This document shows positions 54,307 through 64,000 of a stretch of DNA of 64,000 nucleotides, one piece after another (the first letter of the stretch is position 1; every line of letters starts with the position of its first letter). The stretch lies in the NCBI GenBank assembly GCA_964439265.1, contig CAYTOA010000002.1, positions 46,589-110,588 on the forward strand, written 5' to 3'. This DNA comes from an uncultured Chitinophagaceae bacterium. GTDB taxonomy: Bacteria; Bacteroidota; Ignavibacteria; UBA10030; UBA8401. The notes under the pieces are model-generated. The model worked only from the letters and a program-made list of their open reading frames with translations, had not been told where the DNA came from and searched no databases. A program made the position numbers and the translations under genes.

Positions 54307-56208
54307 CTATTTCTTGATCTTTGCTGCCGGCCGGATGATGAGGTCCAGCAGATCGGGTACTGATTGATCCTGCTCTAAGTACGGATATCGTTCGCCGCCA
54401 TGGTAGCTCACTGGATACGTCTGAAAGAATTCACCGTTCGCCGCAAGCAGGTCGAGCGGAAGGGAAGATGCTTTACTCAATTTCAAGGCATCTCGAATAA
54501 TATCCTTCGTATACTTCCGCCCGTTCACAGCAATGAGTTTCATGCCCGGCCCGAGGCCTGCTTTGAATGCAGGGGTTTCCGGAATAACATCGATTATCGT
54601 TCCGTCTTCTTCTGCAAGAATGCCGAGAGAAAAACGGAGATCGGTAGTCTTTCTCACCTCTTCTATGGATCTTTGCATTTCATTCATCGTATCTCTGTAG
54701 ACTAATTTCCAGCCCCCTTTTTGGATGCCCCCCGTTGGAGCGTGAGCATCGAGTGATTGCAGCCGAGTGATGAAAAACGTTTTCCAATCGTAAGCAGCAA
54801 CCTGGTTCATCACTGCCACGACATCTTCGAACATGTAAGGTTTTATTTCGGGGCCGTTGTTTTTGCCGCCGTGGAATATCCTGCAAAAGTCGTCGAGTGA
54901 CTTGCTTCCGTTAGTGAGCTCTCTGATCTTGACGTCGGCTTCCAGCCAGATAAGGTATCCTTCGTCGTAAAAATCAACATCTCTTCGCCATGAATCCCAA
55001 TCAGACCTGGTGTTGTACAACAACTCCGCTTCGTCGTTTGCATCTTGAAGCGGCCGCCACGTCCGGCCCGGGCGATTGTCGAGCCTTGCAGCAACAAGAG
55101 CGAGGTCTTCGCGAAACTCTTCGGGAGAAAGGAGTCCGGACCGTGCCGTGAGGATCGCACCGAGATATTCTGTGAGGCCTTCATACACCCAAAGCAGGTC
55201 ATCCTTCATCGGGCTTGAGTAGTCGCCGGTTGCGAGTCCCAACGGGCGGCGGAATTTGCCGTTCCAGGAATGGACGAACTCATGCGGGAGCAATCCTGCC
55301 CTCGTCCGGTACAAATCCTCGTCGATCAACGTCCGTTCCCCAACGCGGTCGTCGCTGCTTTGATGATGCTCAAGACCAAAGTGAGCGACCTGGTCGCTGA
55401 GCGTATAGAGAAAGTCGTAATGATTGTAATGATGCGTGCCAAAGAGTGCGTTGGCTTCGATGACCAGCTGTTTGTAAGCGCGGACTTCTTCCGGGGTGAT
55501 TTCCAGTGCCGCCTCGTTATCGCTGAGAATGTCGAGGAAATGAGGAACACCCGAGGGAGGTGTGAGATCGACGCGGCGCAAATGCGTTCCCGTGAGAAGA
55601 GGCGAGTCGATCAGCGTTGTCAGCGAGACCGGCGAGAAGGAGACGGAGTTGTTCGTTTCGCTCTTCGTTGCCAGTGCTGAGACAAATTTCCATCCTGGCG
55701 GAAGCGTTACGCTCGGTGTTACGGTGATGTTGTCGGGCCGCGCGGAGAGGGGATAGACAACCACCTGGTTCCAGCTTAAGACAAGAAGCTGCGCCGTTGA
55801 AGATGCTCCGGAAGAAAAGCCTTCAGCCTGCGGAGGAAGAATGAAGTCGAACGAAACATCAACTTTCTCGACTCCCTGAGGAATCTCGCAATGTATGGAA
55901 AACATCTCTTCCAGATCCCGTCTCCACGAAATGATTTTTCCGCCTCCTGTTATTTTCAACCCTGCCATATCGACCACGGGACCCGTCGGTCCGTGCTCGC
56001 CGGGTATCCATTTTGGATAAAACAACGTCAGCTGTCCGGGTCGTACTGTCATTGATTCCCGGGTATGCAATATTTTCCGCGGCGCCTCCGTCACGTCAAC
56101 AGTCAAGGCGATAGAGGTTTGTTCTGTTTGAGCGAACTCTAGGTGCGGTGTCAGAAGCAGGAAGGCGGTCGATAGTTTCATCCATGTCAAAAAGAATCGC
56201 GATGTCAT
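54307..56208 (-). CDS. M61-family glycyl aminopeptidase with a C-terminal PDZ domain
   Basis: Zinc motif LLPHEFVHSWNGKF (HExxH followed by WN, as in M61). PDZ-like GILAEEDGTIIDVIPETPAFKAGLGPGMKLIAVNG. Signal peptide from the ATG at 56208, which follows AAAGGA. Confidence 0.85.
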   Translation of the reverse strand: MTSRFFLTWMKLSTAFLLLTPHLEFAQTEQTSIALTVDVTEAPRKILHTRESMTVRPGQLTLFYPKWIPGEHGPTGPVVDMAGLKITGGGKIISWRRDLEEMFSIHCEIPQGVEKVDVSFDFILPPQAEGFSSGASSTAQLLVLSWNQVVVYPLSARPDNITVTPSVTLPPGWKFVSALATKSETNNSVSFSPVSLTTLIDSPLLTGTHLRRVDLTPPSGVPHFLDILSDNEAALEITPEEVRAYKQLVIEANALFGTHHYNHYDFLYTLSDQVAHFGLEHHQSSDDRVGERTLIDEDLYRTRAGLLPHEFVHSWNGKFRRPLGLATGDYSSPMKDDLLWVYEGLTEYLGAILTARSGLLSPEEFREDLALVAARLDNRPGRTWRPLQDANDEAELLYNTRSDWDSWRRDVDFYDEGYLIWLEADVKIRELTNGSKSLDDFCRIFHGGKNNGPEIKPYMFEDVVAVMNQVAAYDWKTFFITRLQSLDAHAPTGGIQKGGWKLVYRDTMNEMQRSIEEVRKTTDLRFSLGILAEEDGTIIDVIPETPAFKAGLGPGMKLIAVNGRKYTKDIIRDALKLSKASSLPLDLLAANGEFFQTYPVSYHGGERYPYLEQDQSVPDLLDLIIRPAAKIKK

Positions 56209-56553
56209 TTCAATTCCTTTAATAGTTGCTGAATATTTTGTCGTCATTATCCAATTCAGCTGCGTGTGATTGCTTCTTCGCCAGTTCAAAGAAGAAGCAT
56301 GATTCCGCGTCAGCCTTGCTTACGTCAGGTCTGAGATTCAGGCATAATCTAAATCAGGAGATTTGGAGGGGAAAATGCATCGTTCCGGCGAATGCTCCAA
56401 ATCTCCGGTTGGCGTCGATTATATACCAATTAAAATAATTATTTGCAAGTGGATTGGATCTCAAGGAGAGGGTCTTTTTCGCCGAATTTCAGGGCGATGA
56501 AATAGCAGAATGACCGGCGAATACGCGTGTTGGCTGACTGTTGATTTTCTCAT

Positions 56554-56583
56554 CAAACACAAAACCCCGCCGGGAGACGGGGC
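56554..56583 (-). terminator. Rho-independent terminator after the 854-aa T9SS gene
   Basis: On the minus strand: CCCCG-tctcccgg-CGGGG followed by TTTTGTGTTTG. Confidence 0.5.
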
Positions 56584-56651
56584 ATTGCGATGCTGCGATT
56601 AATTTCCAAAGACAGCCGTGAACGAACACTATCGATCAGCGTGGATAAGTG

Positions 56652-59216
56652 TCATTTGACGACCATGAGCTTCCTCGTCTCGCTGAATTTCCCGGCTTGC
56701 ATCCGGTAAAAATATACTCCACTCGGCAGAGTAGAAGCAACGAAGGTTGCCGAATAAAATCCGGCACTCATATGCTTATTGACTAACGTCTGGATTTCTT
56801 TGCCAAGAACGTCGTACACTTTTAGAGTAACCAGGCTGTTCACTGGCACCTGATACATGATGACTGTTGATGGATTGAATGGGTTGGGGTAATTTTGCGA
56901 TACGGCAAATCGGTCGGGAAGAGCCGTGCCGTCGGATTTTATCCCAGTCAGCGTAACATTCACTTCATTCGAGTAGGCTGATGTCGCAACGGAGTTATAC
57001 CCGCGGATGCGGTAGAAGTATTCATTCCCGGGCACTCCAGTCGCATCTGTATATTCTGTGATGTTCGAGAGTACGGAATCCTTCACCGTATAAGTACCGA
57101 GGAAATTCTTTTTTCTCTCTATGTAATATCCAAGTTCGCTGCCTGAATTATCCTGCCAGGTCAATTGAATGGCGCCACCTACAATTTGAGTACCTGTAAG
57201 GTTGCTTGGCGTTTGCATGGGTGTTACTGCAACTGCGACATTTGAGGAGTTAGAGCTGCCTTCGGTATTTGTGGCAAAGACTCGATAGAAGTACTTTGTT
57301 CCATCATTCAAGCCATCGTCGGAGTAAGAATTGGAATTGGCAGCGAGAGTGTTAATAGGTATCCACGCAGAGGTGCTGTTCGTTGCGCGCTCCACACTAT
57401 AACCGGTTTCGTTTTCAGCATTATCATGCCAGCTCAAGTCGATTCTCCCGGAGTTAATTGCCTCGGCATTAAGGCTCGTCGGCGCAGCAGGGAGACCGAC
57501 TGAGGTGGTCTGAATGCTGCCGCTAACTATCAAGACTCTCGGCCTTCCCTCATTCAAGAGGAACTGCTGTAGCGTAATATTGGCAATCCTTCCGGACGCA
57601 GCGTATGACGGGACGGCAAATCGTAGTTTGCAGACGATACCCGGGAGATTGAGGTTCGCTGCGGTAGCCGCGGCAAAAGAGAATTGAGTCCCAGAGATAT
57701 TAGTGCTGAATGTCCATCCATTCGTAATTGATCCGGCGTTGAAAACTCCGACCGGATGCACGACCGATGAATCAAATGTCACAGTTGCCTGAATGCTCTG
57801 GATGCGCATGCCGGCATTGACAGGGGAAAGCGAAAGCGGAATGTCTATAGTGTCTCCGATCACTCCTGCCGTGTCGGGGATGAAGGCGCGGGTGTCGTAT
57901 ACTTCGATCATATTTGATGCCCCGGTACCGCCGTAGGCGTCAACTGCATGAACAGTAACCGATCCCCCTTTCAAGGCCGTCAGGAGTCCGCTGGAGTTTA
58001 TTGAGCCGATTGTTGCGTCGGAAGTTGACCACGTGTATGGGGAGGTTCCCCCCGTAACGGTGAATCGCAGCGTATCACCATCGATGAGGTTGGCAACGAG
58101 GGGCATGACTGTGAGATTTGCGAGGTTTACAGTTTGAAAATTTCCGCTCGTAGAATCTCCCTGGATGCTCTCATTGAAAACGATGTCGGCCGGATAAATT
58201 GTTGCACTGCCGGAATTTGTCTTCGACACTTTGCACTGAACGTAGACCAATACTCCGCTTCCGCTCAACGGAACAACTCCGGCAAAAGAAATATTCATCG
58301 TCCCTGTTGGGGAGATGCTGAAGACCGGAGCAGAATAGGAAGAGAGCAGAGTTCCGCCCTGGACCACCCCTGTCGGCGTGAAGTAATCCGGATTATACTG
58401 AATTTGAAAATAGCCGGAAGAAACATTCAGTCCGGTTAGATTGGTCGCGTAGACCGGCAGGTTGAAGGTTTGCCCCTGAACGTACGACGTGTCGCGAACG
58501 GACAGCCTGAAGGCTCTGACTTCAACGATTCCGCTTATCGTATCGACGGTACCGGCTTCGTCGCTCACGATGACTCTGGTGAATCCGGTATGAGTTGCAG
58601 TCAATAGTCCGTTGGCATCGATCGATGCGGCAGATGCGTTCGTGAGCGACCAGTGATACGGTGCAGTTCCGTAATAGGCGTTGTATTGCTGTTGATCACC
58701 GACGGCCATCAAACCGCCGAAGGGGTAGAGAGTGATCGAAGGTGCTGCAGCGATACTGACACTCCCGTCGTGCAGTACAACCGCGGGGTTCCGTTCGTTC
58801 AAGAAATTGTTCGCTGATCCGTCCAAGAAGGAGATCGTCGTGCTTCCAGCATTGCGGAGTCGAAAGCGGACATAGACCAATATTCCCGCGCCGGAAAGGG
58901 GCGACGATCCTGCCGCAGCGATCGTTATCGTCCCCGGCGCCATACTATTATAGTTTACGGAACCGATGGATTGGGCCTGGCTCCCGGCTGTAATGACGCT
59001 GTCGAAAGCCATATAATACGTATCGTAGCCGAGTTCGATCTGGAAAGAGGTAACGTTCTTTCCGGTAAGGGAGGAATCAACATAAATTGGTACCGTAAGC
59101 TTCGAGCTGCTAAAAGCGCTCGTGTCATGAATGCTTAACCCCACCTGTGCCAACACCACCGACGAACACACCGGCATCAGGAGGAGAAGTGTCATATACT
59201 TAAAAGTTCTAACCAT
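56652..59216 (-). CDS. Scaffoldin-like secreted protein: three cohesin-like modules interleaved with two Big_2-like Ig domains, then two FN3 domains and a T9SS C-terminal sorting domain
   Basis: Signal peptide ...VVLAQ. Cohesin-like pattern three times (L.V.d.s......v.VPvy...l.g.nv.s....i.yd......gv, e.g. KLTVPIYVDSSLTGKNVTSFQIELGYD). Big_2-like YHWSLTNASAASIDANGLLTATHTGFTRV. FN3 LSWHDNAENETGYSVER and [34 protein letters not shown]...GVYFYRMQAG...KLMVVK. Confidence 0.75.
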   Translation of the reverse strand: MVRTFKYMTLLLLMPVCSSVVLAQVGLSIHDTSAFSSSKLTVPIYVDSSLTGKNVTSFQIELGYDTYYMAFDSVITAGSQAQSIGSVNYNSMAPGTITIAAAGSSPLSGAGILVYVRFRLRNAGSTTISFLDGSANNFLNERNPAVVLHDGSVSIAAAPSITLYPFGGLMAVGDQQQYNAYYGTAPYHWSLTNASAASIDANGLLTATHTGFTRVIVSDEAGTVDTISGIVEVRAFRLSVRDTSYVQGQTFNLPVYATNLTGLNVSSGYFQIQYNPDYFTPTGVVQGGTLLSSYSAPVFSISPTGTMNISFAGVVPLSGSGVLVYVQCKVSKTNSGSATIYPADIVFNESIQGDSTSGNFQTVNLANLTVMPLVANLIDGDTLRFTVTGGTSPYTWSTSDATIGSINSSGLLTALKGGSVTVHAVDAYGGTGASNMIEVYDTRAFIPDTAGVIGDTIDIPLSLSPVNAGMRIQSIQATVTFDSSVVHPVGVFNAGSITNGWTFSTNISGTQFSFAAATAANLNLPGIVCKLRFAVPSYAASGRIANITLQQFLLNEGRPRVLIVSGSIQTTSVGLPAAPTSLNAEAINSGRIDLSWHDNAENETGYSVERATNSTSAWIPINTLAANSNSYSDDGLNDGTKYFYRVFATNTEGSSNSSNVAVAVTPMQTPSNLTGTQIVGGAIQLTWQDNSGSELGYYIERKKNFLGTYTVKDSVLSNITEYTDATGVPGNEYFYRIRGYNSVATSAYSNEVNVTLTGIKSDGTALPDRFAVSQNYPNPFNPSTVIMYQVPVNSLVTLKVYDVLGKEIQTLVNKHMSAGFYSATFVASTLPSGVYFYRMQAGKFSETRKLMVVK

Positions 59217-59283
59217 GGAACACCTTTGGGTTGTCAGAGAGGGGCGCGCCGTTAGAACGGCGCGCTTCGGCCTCGTTGGTTGA

Positions 59284-62200
59284 TCACTTCAGTAATAGGA
59301 GTTTCTTCACCTGAACATATTTGCCGGCGGCAAATCTGTAGAAGTAAACGCCGCTGCTTGTCCGCATGCCAGAATTATTCGTTCCGTTCCAGACGACTTT
59401 ATAGACTCCCGCATTTTGATTCAGGTCAACGAGCGTCTTGACGATTTGTCCCGTCAAATTATAGATGACGATCTGGACGCGCGTATTGTCTTCCGGGATC
59501 TGGTATCCGATCGTTGTCGATGGATTGAAGGGGTTCGGGTAATTTTGATCGAGGGAATATGTTGTCGGTTTGCCAATGACTTTGAATTCTCCGCCGACAA
59601 CATTACTGCTCATATTGGATTCGTTGACAAGGAATTTTTCAATGTCGATCCTCGAATCAACTGTTCCCCGCACATCGCTCGAAATTCTGAACGACGCGAA
59701 GGCGGCGGTTCCACTTCTCTTTATCACATTTGAACCTGCTATCGCGATCTTTACTTTTCCAGCGGATTTGTCGCTGAACGAAGCAATAGAGAGTCCCGAA
59801 GTGAGGTCTGCGGTTGCCGCATTCAGGAAAGTAAAGACAGAAGGATCATACTTGAGAGATATCTCAGAAGAAGTAACTCCGCTGACGTTCTGAAAGTCGA
59901 GCGCCACTACGAGTGAGTCGCCTCTGTTGGCTGTTGCGCCCTCGATTGTCAGCTGAGCGTTGGATGCTTTCTGCAATGAGAAGAGATCCTTAACCGATTG
60001 CGTGAGCTGCTTGGCGCCCGTGCTGGCCTCGCTTGGGAATGACGTGATCAATCCGACCGTGTATTGCAGGATCAGAGATGCATCATATGCAGTAATCCCC
60101 ATCGCACCGCTGACATCCGCCACTCTTTGTTGCATGGCATTCAATGTGTCACCGCCGGGATTTACGACATACTTCAGAATGAGCGACGCATCGTACGCCT
60201 GGACGTAACCGTTCAGGCTGACGTCGCCGGCGATCGGGTTCGATGTTCCGGATCCCATGAACGGAGTAAACAGGACCGAGTCAGTGACTGCCTGACCGGT
60301 GCCTCCCGGATTGCCGCCGTTGGTCGGGCCCGAATTATTTCCCCACCAGTTCCATCTCGCGTCGATGTTGAACGATTTGTTGACGTTGTTCACACCCTGG
60401 TCGATGTTATTATAGATGTCGCAGTAGCTGATGACAGGGTTGGATGACCCGAAGGCCGCGATGCCATTCCCGTTATTCGTGAATGCGCTGTACGATATAG
60501 TCGGGCTGGCATTCGTGGTCATCACCCCTGCGCCATACATATTGATATTGTTGTAGTATGTTTGGTAGAGACCTGCGTATTTCACGACGCAATGGGTCAG
60601 ATTACAAAACGGGTCCAGTGACTGGTCGGCGAATGAGATGCCCAGCCAGCCCTGGTAGGTGTACCACGAATTGCCATTCCAGAACGGGTCTGATGGATGG
60701 GAGAAAGTGCTGTCTGCATTTGTGTCGCCGCCATAGAAATCGTCTCGAATGTCTGTAAAGACGATCGTGCTGTCGGCCGATGAACCTCCGATTGCGACCA
60801 TCCCTTTGTTCACCGTGATGCCGGTGTTGGGAGTGAATTTCAAGATGACTCCCGGAGCAATGGTAAGGACCGCATTACTTCCGATCGTATAGTTGTTAAA
60901 GAAATAGGGAATGGATGATATTCCGCCAAAATTCTTCTTTGCGAGAGTTACATCCGATGCAAGAGTTTCTGTGATCACACCGATCGCCTTGTACGTTGAG
61001 CCGCAGATCGAATCGGCAATTGTTGAACGCGGGTACGAGACCAGCGAAATTTCCATCGGCGCGAAAACGAGATTTCTGAAAAGGCAGGAATCAAGTGCCG
61101 GCGTCGAGACACTATTCAAAGAGACACCCCAGTTGTCCCTGTCGAACGTGCAATGAGTTATCGCGGGGGCGGCTTGTTGGAGAGCAATGCCGGCATCGCT
61201 GAATCGAAAGATGGCATTGTGTAAAGAGCAAATACTGTCCACGCTGACATCGTTGAACGCGATCCTGTTGATCGTTGCGATCGACGGCACCGTTGCCGAT
61301 CCATCGCCGTTTGTATCGCGCGGGTTGCCGTAGGCATCATCAGCGGGGTCGGTGAAGACGGCCGGCTGAGAAGCTGTACCTTGTACCGCAAGCCCGCCGT
61401 TCACAACCCATTGCCCTCCCTTAAAGACGAGGCCGGCGGGTATTGTTATTTTGGTGCCTGTGTTGATGGTGCATGTTGCGAAAATCATGTACGTGATATC
61501 GTTGTATCCACCGAAATTCCTGACCGGTACAATTGCATCGGACGAATACGTTTCCGGCACGATACCAAGTGCCATATAACCGATGTTCAGCGCACTGTCC
61601 AAGGCAAATGCCGGGGTCGAAAACATGCTCATCGCAACCGGCGTAGATTTCACGTTATATATCTTGCTGTTGGTGAAAGATGGATGGGCGCTCCCAAATG
61701 TTCCAAGTCCGGCTGTGGCAGATTGTTCGAGCGTGCAGTGGTCGATGGCGACGCGCGAATCGTAGACTCGCAGCAGCGCCCACTTGTAACTCCAATCTCC
61801 CGAGAACATGTACGGAAATACGCCTCCATACCGGAGAGTACAATATTGAACGGAATTCAAACTGTCGATGTTCGATGCAGTAAAGTCGATGGAACTCCAA
61901 TCTCCCGGCTGGGAGACGCTGGAGTTGCCGTCATTGTTCGTATCCCCGCCGTTAGAATCGTCTTTGAACGACGTGAACACGATGGGGTGCGCGGCGGTAC
62001 CGTTGGCTACAAGCGCTCCCTGGACCGTTATCGCATACGCGTAGTACCAATTATATAAGAACTTGATGACCACGCCGGGTTGGATTGTGAGGACCGCTCC
62101 AGGGGCCACCGTGAGCTGGTCGATCATGTACGCGACGTTCGTGATTCCGGCGATATTTCGTGTCGCAAGCGTAGCGCTTGAGGAGAGCGTTCCCTCGAGT

Positions 62201-64000
62201 ATTCTGATGCCACTGCTCAAATTAGCCGTGAATTGAATACTCGAGAATGCAGGGTTCGAAAGGAGGGACATTCCGATCGGATCCGATTTGCAGTTTAAGA
62301 TAGAAACATTGTTCACCACCGGTGTTGAACTATTTTCGCATCGCAGCCCGAAGTTGTAAGAATCCGAAAGTGTGCAATTTGAAATTGTTCCGCCGGCATC
62401 GGTAAAGGTCACTAGTCCCCAGGAGGCCGAAATATTTTCCGGGGAGGGGGAAGTGCTTCCCCCGAACTTCACGATGCAGCTGTCGAGCACGCAGAACGCA
62501 TCGTCGCTCGTCCCTTGAAATCTGATCGTGCTCCAGTCTCCCGGTCCTGGAAATGTTGCCGCACCGTCGCCGTTCGTATCTTTGGGATTGCCCACGTTGT
62601 CATCCTTCAATGAAGTAAACGTGACCAATCCTCCCGCCAAAGTACCTTTTGCTTTGAACCCGCCGTTGACGTAGATCCCGGGTCCGCCGGACTTGATGAC
62701 GACCCCCGGAGCTACGGTTACGTAGACGCCCGAATTGATTGTAATGTTTCCCAACACTACGTACGTAATATTGTTAATGCCCGCGACGGTTCTCTGAGGA
62801 ATGGTTCCGTTTGCAACGACGTTTTCGCCGATGAGTCCAAGTCCCATCCACGCGTCATTCGTGAACGTGTTACCTGCAAATGTTGGATTGGCGGACGTTG
62901 AAATTGCAATGGGTGTATACAGCGTGTTGAAGATGGAGTTATTAGTGATGTGCGGATTCGACGACAGCGCTGCGTAGATGCCGTAATTGGCGTTGCCTAT
63001 CTGGCAATTGGAGATGGTCGGACTTGCATTGAGGAGCGTGACCTCACCCGTGTAATAATAGGTGCCGTTGTATGAATAGAGGTAGTACGGCTCCAAGTCG
63101 GCGTACGTGACCCTGCAATAATTCAGGATCGAGGTGGAATCACTGTTGGGCTCGAACACGATTCCAGACCAGTCCCCAATCTGCGGGTGTGTGTAACTTC
63201 CGTCCTTGTTTGTATCGTGCGGATTGCCGTAACTATCATCTTTTGATGACGTGAATACGATCATGCTGTCGGCGGTTGCGTTGGCGACAAGTTTCCCCTG
63301 GACGGCGATGTGTTGATCGTAGGAGTAGGCTTTTATGACGATCCCTTTGGCGATCGTCAACGTTTTGCCGGGGGGGACAACAACCGTTCCGAGCAGAAGG
63401 TAGGTCACATTGACTTTGCTTGTTACCGACCTGATCGGAAGAAGCGCGTTCGCAGAAAGCGTTTCGCCAAGGATCCCGATCGCATCGTATGTATTATCTG
63501 AAAATGACAGAGTGTTGTTGTTGAAGACCGGGTTTGCGGAGAACGACATTGCGATCGGAACCAGCTCGCTTGATCCGATCGTGTTGTTCGAAAATACCGG
63601 GCTTGACGTTCCCTGGATCATTGCACCGAAGTGATTGTTCGCCATCGTGCAGCTGTCGATCACGGGATTTGAATTGTACATCGTTACGCCGCCGATCTGT
63701 CCGGATCCGGCGAAACTTATGGAACAGTGCTTCATCACGCAAAGTGAATCTACGCTCGCGTCGTCAAAAATAACGCCCCCCCAATCATTGACCGCGGGGG
63801 CTGTCGTCGTTCCGTCGCCGTTTGTATCTCCGTCGAGGTTGTCATCTTTATATGATGTGAATTGGATAGGCTGGCTTGACGATCCCACGGCTGCAAGTGC
63901 GCCGTTGACAAACATCCGAACGCCGCCGCCAAACTTGAGGACGTTGCCCGCGCGAACAGTTACTGTCGCCCCGTTCGCGACATAGAAATCTCCCAGGAAT
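59284..64000 (-). CDS. Very large secreted parallel-beta-helix repeat protein with a dockerin-like pair, a cohesin-like module and a T9SS C-terminal sorting domain (5' end beyond window)
   Basis: The frame stays open from 63915 to the window edge. Six ~210-aa modules each contain FTSxKDDxxGNPxDTNxDG....GDWsgI.F plus PbH1-like turns. Dockerin-like [22 protein letters not shown] / [22 protein letters not shown] (about 60055-60228). A cohesin-like module lies at about 59590-59960. [17 protein letters not shown]...[10 protein letters not shown]...KKLLLLK. Confidence 0.8.
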   Translation of the reverse strand, partial: FLGDFYVANGATVTVRAGNVLKFGGGVRMFVNGALAAVGSSSQPIQFTSYKDDNLDGDTNGDGTTTAPAVNDWGGVIFDDASVDSLCVMKHCSISFAGSGQIGGVTMYNSNPVIDSCTMANNHFGAMIQGTSSPVFSNNTIGSSELVPIAMSFSANPVFNNNTLSFSDNTYDAIGILGETLSANALLPIRSVTSKVNVTYLLLGTVVVPPGKTLTIAKGIVIKAYSYDQHIAVQGKLVANATADSMIVFTSSKDDSYGNPHDTNKDGSYTHPQIGDWSGIVFEPNSDSTSILNYCRVTYADLEPYYLYSYNGTYYYTGEVTLLNASPTISNCQIGNANYGIYAALSSNPHITNNSIFNTLYTPIAISTSANPTFAGNTFTNDAWMGLGLIGENVVANGTIPQRTVAGINNITYVVLGNITINSGVYVTVAPGVVIKSGGPGIYVNGGFKAKGTLAGGLVTFTSLKDDNVGNPKDTNGDGAATFPGPGDWSTIRFQGTSDDAFCVLDSCIVKFGGSTSPSPENISASWGLVTFTDAGGTISNCTLSDSYNFGLRCENSSTPVVNNVSILNCKSDPIGMSLLSNPAFSSIQFTANLSSGIRILEGTLSSSATLATRNIAGITNVAYMIDQLTVAPGAVLTIQPGVVIKFLYNWYYAYAITVQGALVANGTAAHPIVFTSFKDDSNGGDTNNDGNSSVSQPGDWSSIDFTASNIDSLNSVQYCTLRYGGVFPYMFSGDWSYKWALLRVYDSRVAIDHCTLEQSATAGLGTFGSAHPSFTNSKIYNVKSTPVAMSMFSTPAFALDSALNIGYMALGIVPETYSSDAIVPVRNFGGYNDITYMIFATCTINTGTKITIPAGLVFKGGQWVVNGGLAVQGTASQPAVFTDPADDAYGNPRDTNGDGSATVPSIATINRIAFNDVSVDSICSLHNAIFRFSDAGIALQQAAPAITHCTFDRDNWGVSLNSVSTPALDSCLFRNLVFAPMEISLVSYPRSTIADSICGSTYKAIGVITETLASDVTLAKKNFGGISSIPYFFNNYTIGSNAVLTIAPGVILKFTPNTGITVNKGMVAIGGSSADSTIVFTDIRDDFYGGDTNADSTFSHPSDPFWNGNSWYTYQGWLGISFADQSLDPFCNLTHCVVKYAGLYQTYYNNINMYGAGVMTTNASPTISYSAFTNNGNGIAAFGSSNPVISYCDIYNNIDQGVNNVNKSFNIDARWNWWGNNSGPTNGGNPGGTGQAVTDSVLFTPFMGSGTSNPIAGDVSLNGYVQAYDASLILKYVVNPGGDTLNAMQQRVADVSGAMGITAYDASLILQYTVGLITSFPSEASTGAKQLTQSVKDLFSLQKASNAQLTIEGATANRGDSLVVALDFQNVSGVTSSEISLKYDPSVFTFLNAATADLTSGLSIASFSDKSAGKVKIAIAGSNVIKRSGTAAFASFRISSDVRGTVDSRIDIEKFLVNESNMSSNVVGGEFKVIGKPTTYSLDQNYPNPFNPSTTIGYQIPEDNTRVQIVIYNLTGQIVKTLVDLNQNAGVYKVVWNGTNNSGMRTSSGVYFYRFAAGKYVQVKKLLLLK

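Noticed and set aside
1-64000. Search for prophage, transposase, integrase, toxin-antitoxin, restriction-modification or known defence genes
   Set aside because: None of the translated ORFs over 100 aa outside the annotated genes shows the relevant motifs (DDE, tyrosine or serine recombinase, terminase, PIN, HEPN, methylase motifs). The only mobile-looking DNA is the short non-autonomous repeats.

Overview
This is a gene-dense chromosomal window from a Gram-negative bacterium, most likely in the Fibrobacteres-Chlorobi-Bacteroidetes (FCB) group and Ignavibacteria-like. That placement is an inference. It rests on three secreted proteins ending in the '[10 protein letters not shown]...GVYFY...LLK' type IX secretion (T9SS) sorting domain, a PorV/PorQ-like barrel, a TonB-dependent receptor with no SusD partner, and a DUF2723 protein. 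No search was run.

Contents, left to right:
(1) 1-4.3 kb: tail of a flippase-like gene, three envelope glycosyltransferases (GT4, GT9, GT4) and nadD.
(2) 4.4-8.9 kb: a DUF2723 membrane protein, a TatA fused to a double zinc ribbon, and a cNMP-binding/DUF1003 membrane protein.
(3) 9.0-19.1 kb, minus strand: a tightly coupled six-gene signalling operon. It encodes a small DUF3391-like protein, an HDOD protein, a hybrid kinase with Hpt, a receiver with a Cys-rich tail, a 1848-aa kinase with 11 PAS domains, and a CheY-like receiver.
(4) 19.5-19.8 kb and 51.3-51.7 kb: copies of a structured interspersed repeat family.
(5) 21.2-29.7 kb: a second giant PAS kinase (1698 aa), and a beta-propeller/Y_Y_Y sensor whose only cytoplasmic part is the same Cys-rich tail.
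(6) 29.7-31.0 kb: a stretch with no credible ORF, ending in tRNA-Arg(CCT).
(7) 31.1-48.7 kb, plus strand: an orphan solute-binding protein, a histidine kinase and a sigma54 activator. These are followed by a SusD-less TonB-receptor operon (receptor, 741-aa surface protein, lipoprotein, PorV-like barrel, IPT/beta-propeller lipoprotein), a tandem CBM9-like T9SS protein and a Na+/solute symporter.
(8) 49-56 kb: an SGNH+TPR protein, two transporters and an M61 peptidase.
(9) 56.6-64 kb: two very large T9SS cargo proteins carrying cohesin-like and dockerin-like modules.

I found no CRISPR array, transposase, integrase or phage genes.

The candidates for undescribed biology that I rate highest are:
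- the CxxC...HGxCPDC output module shared by two unrelated sensor scaffolds;
- the sigma54-linked, SusD-less TonB/PorV-like surface operon;
- the cohesin/dockerin T9SS pair.

All domain calls come from motifs read in the supplied translations. No HMM or BLAST search was possible.
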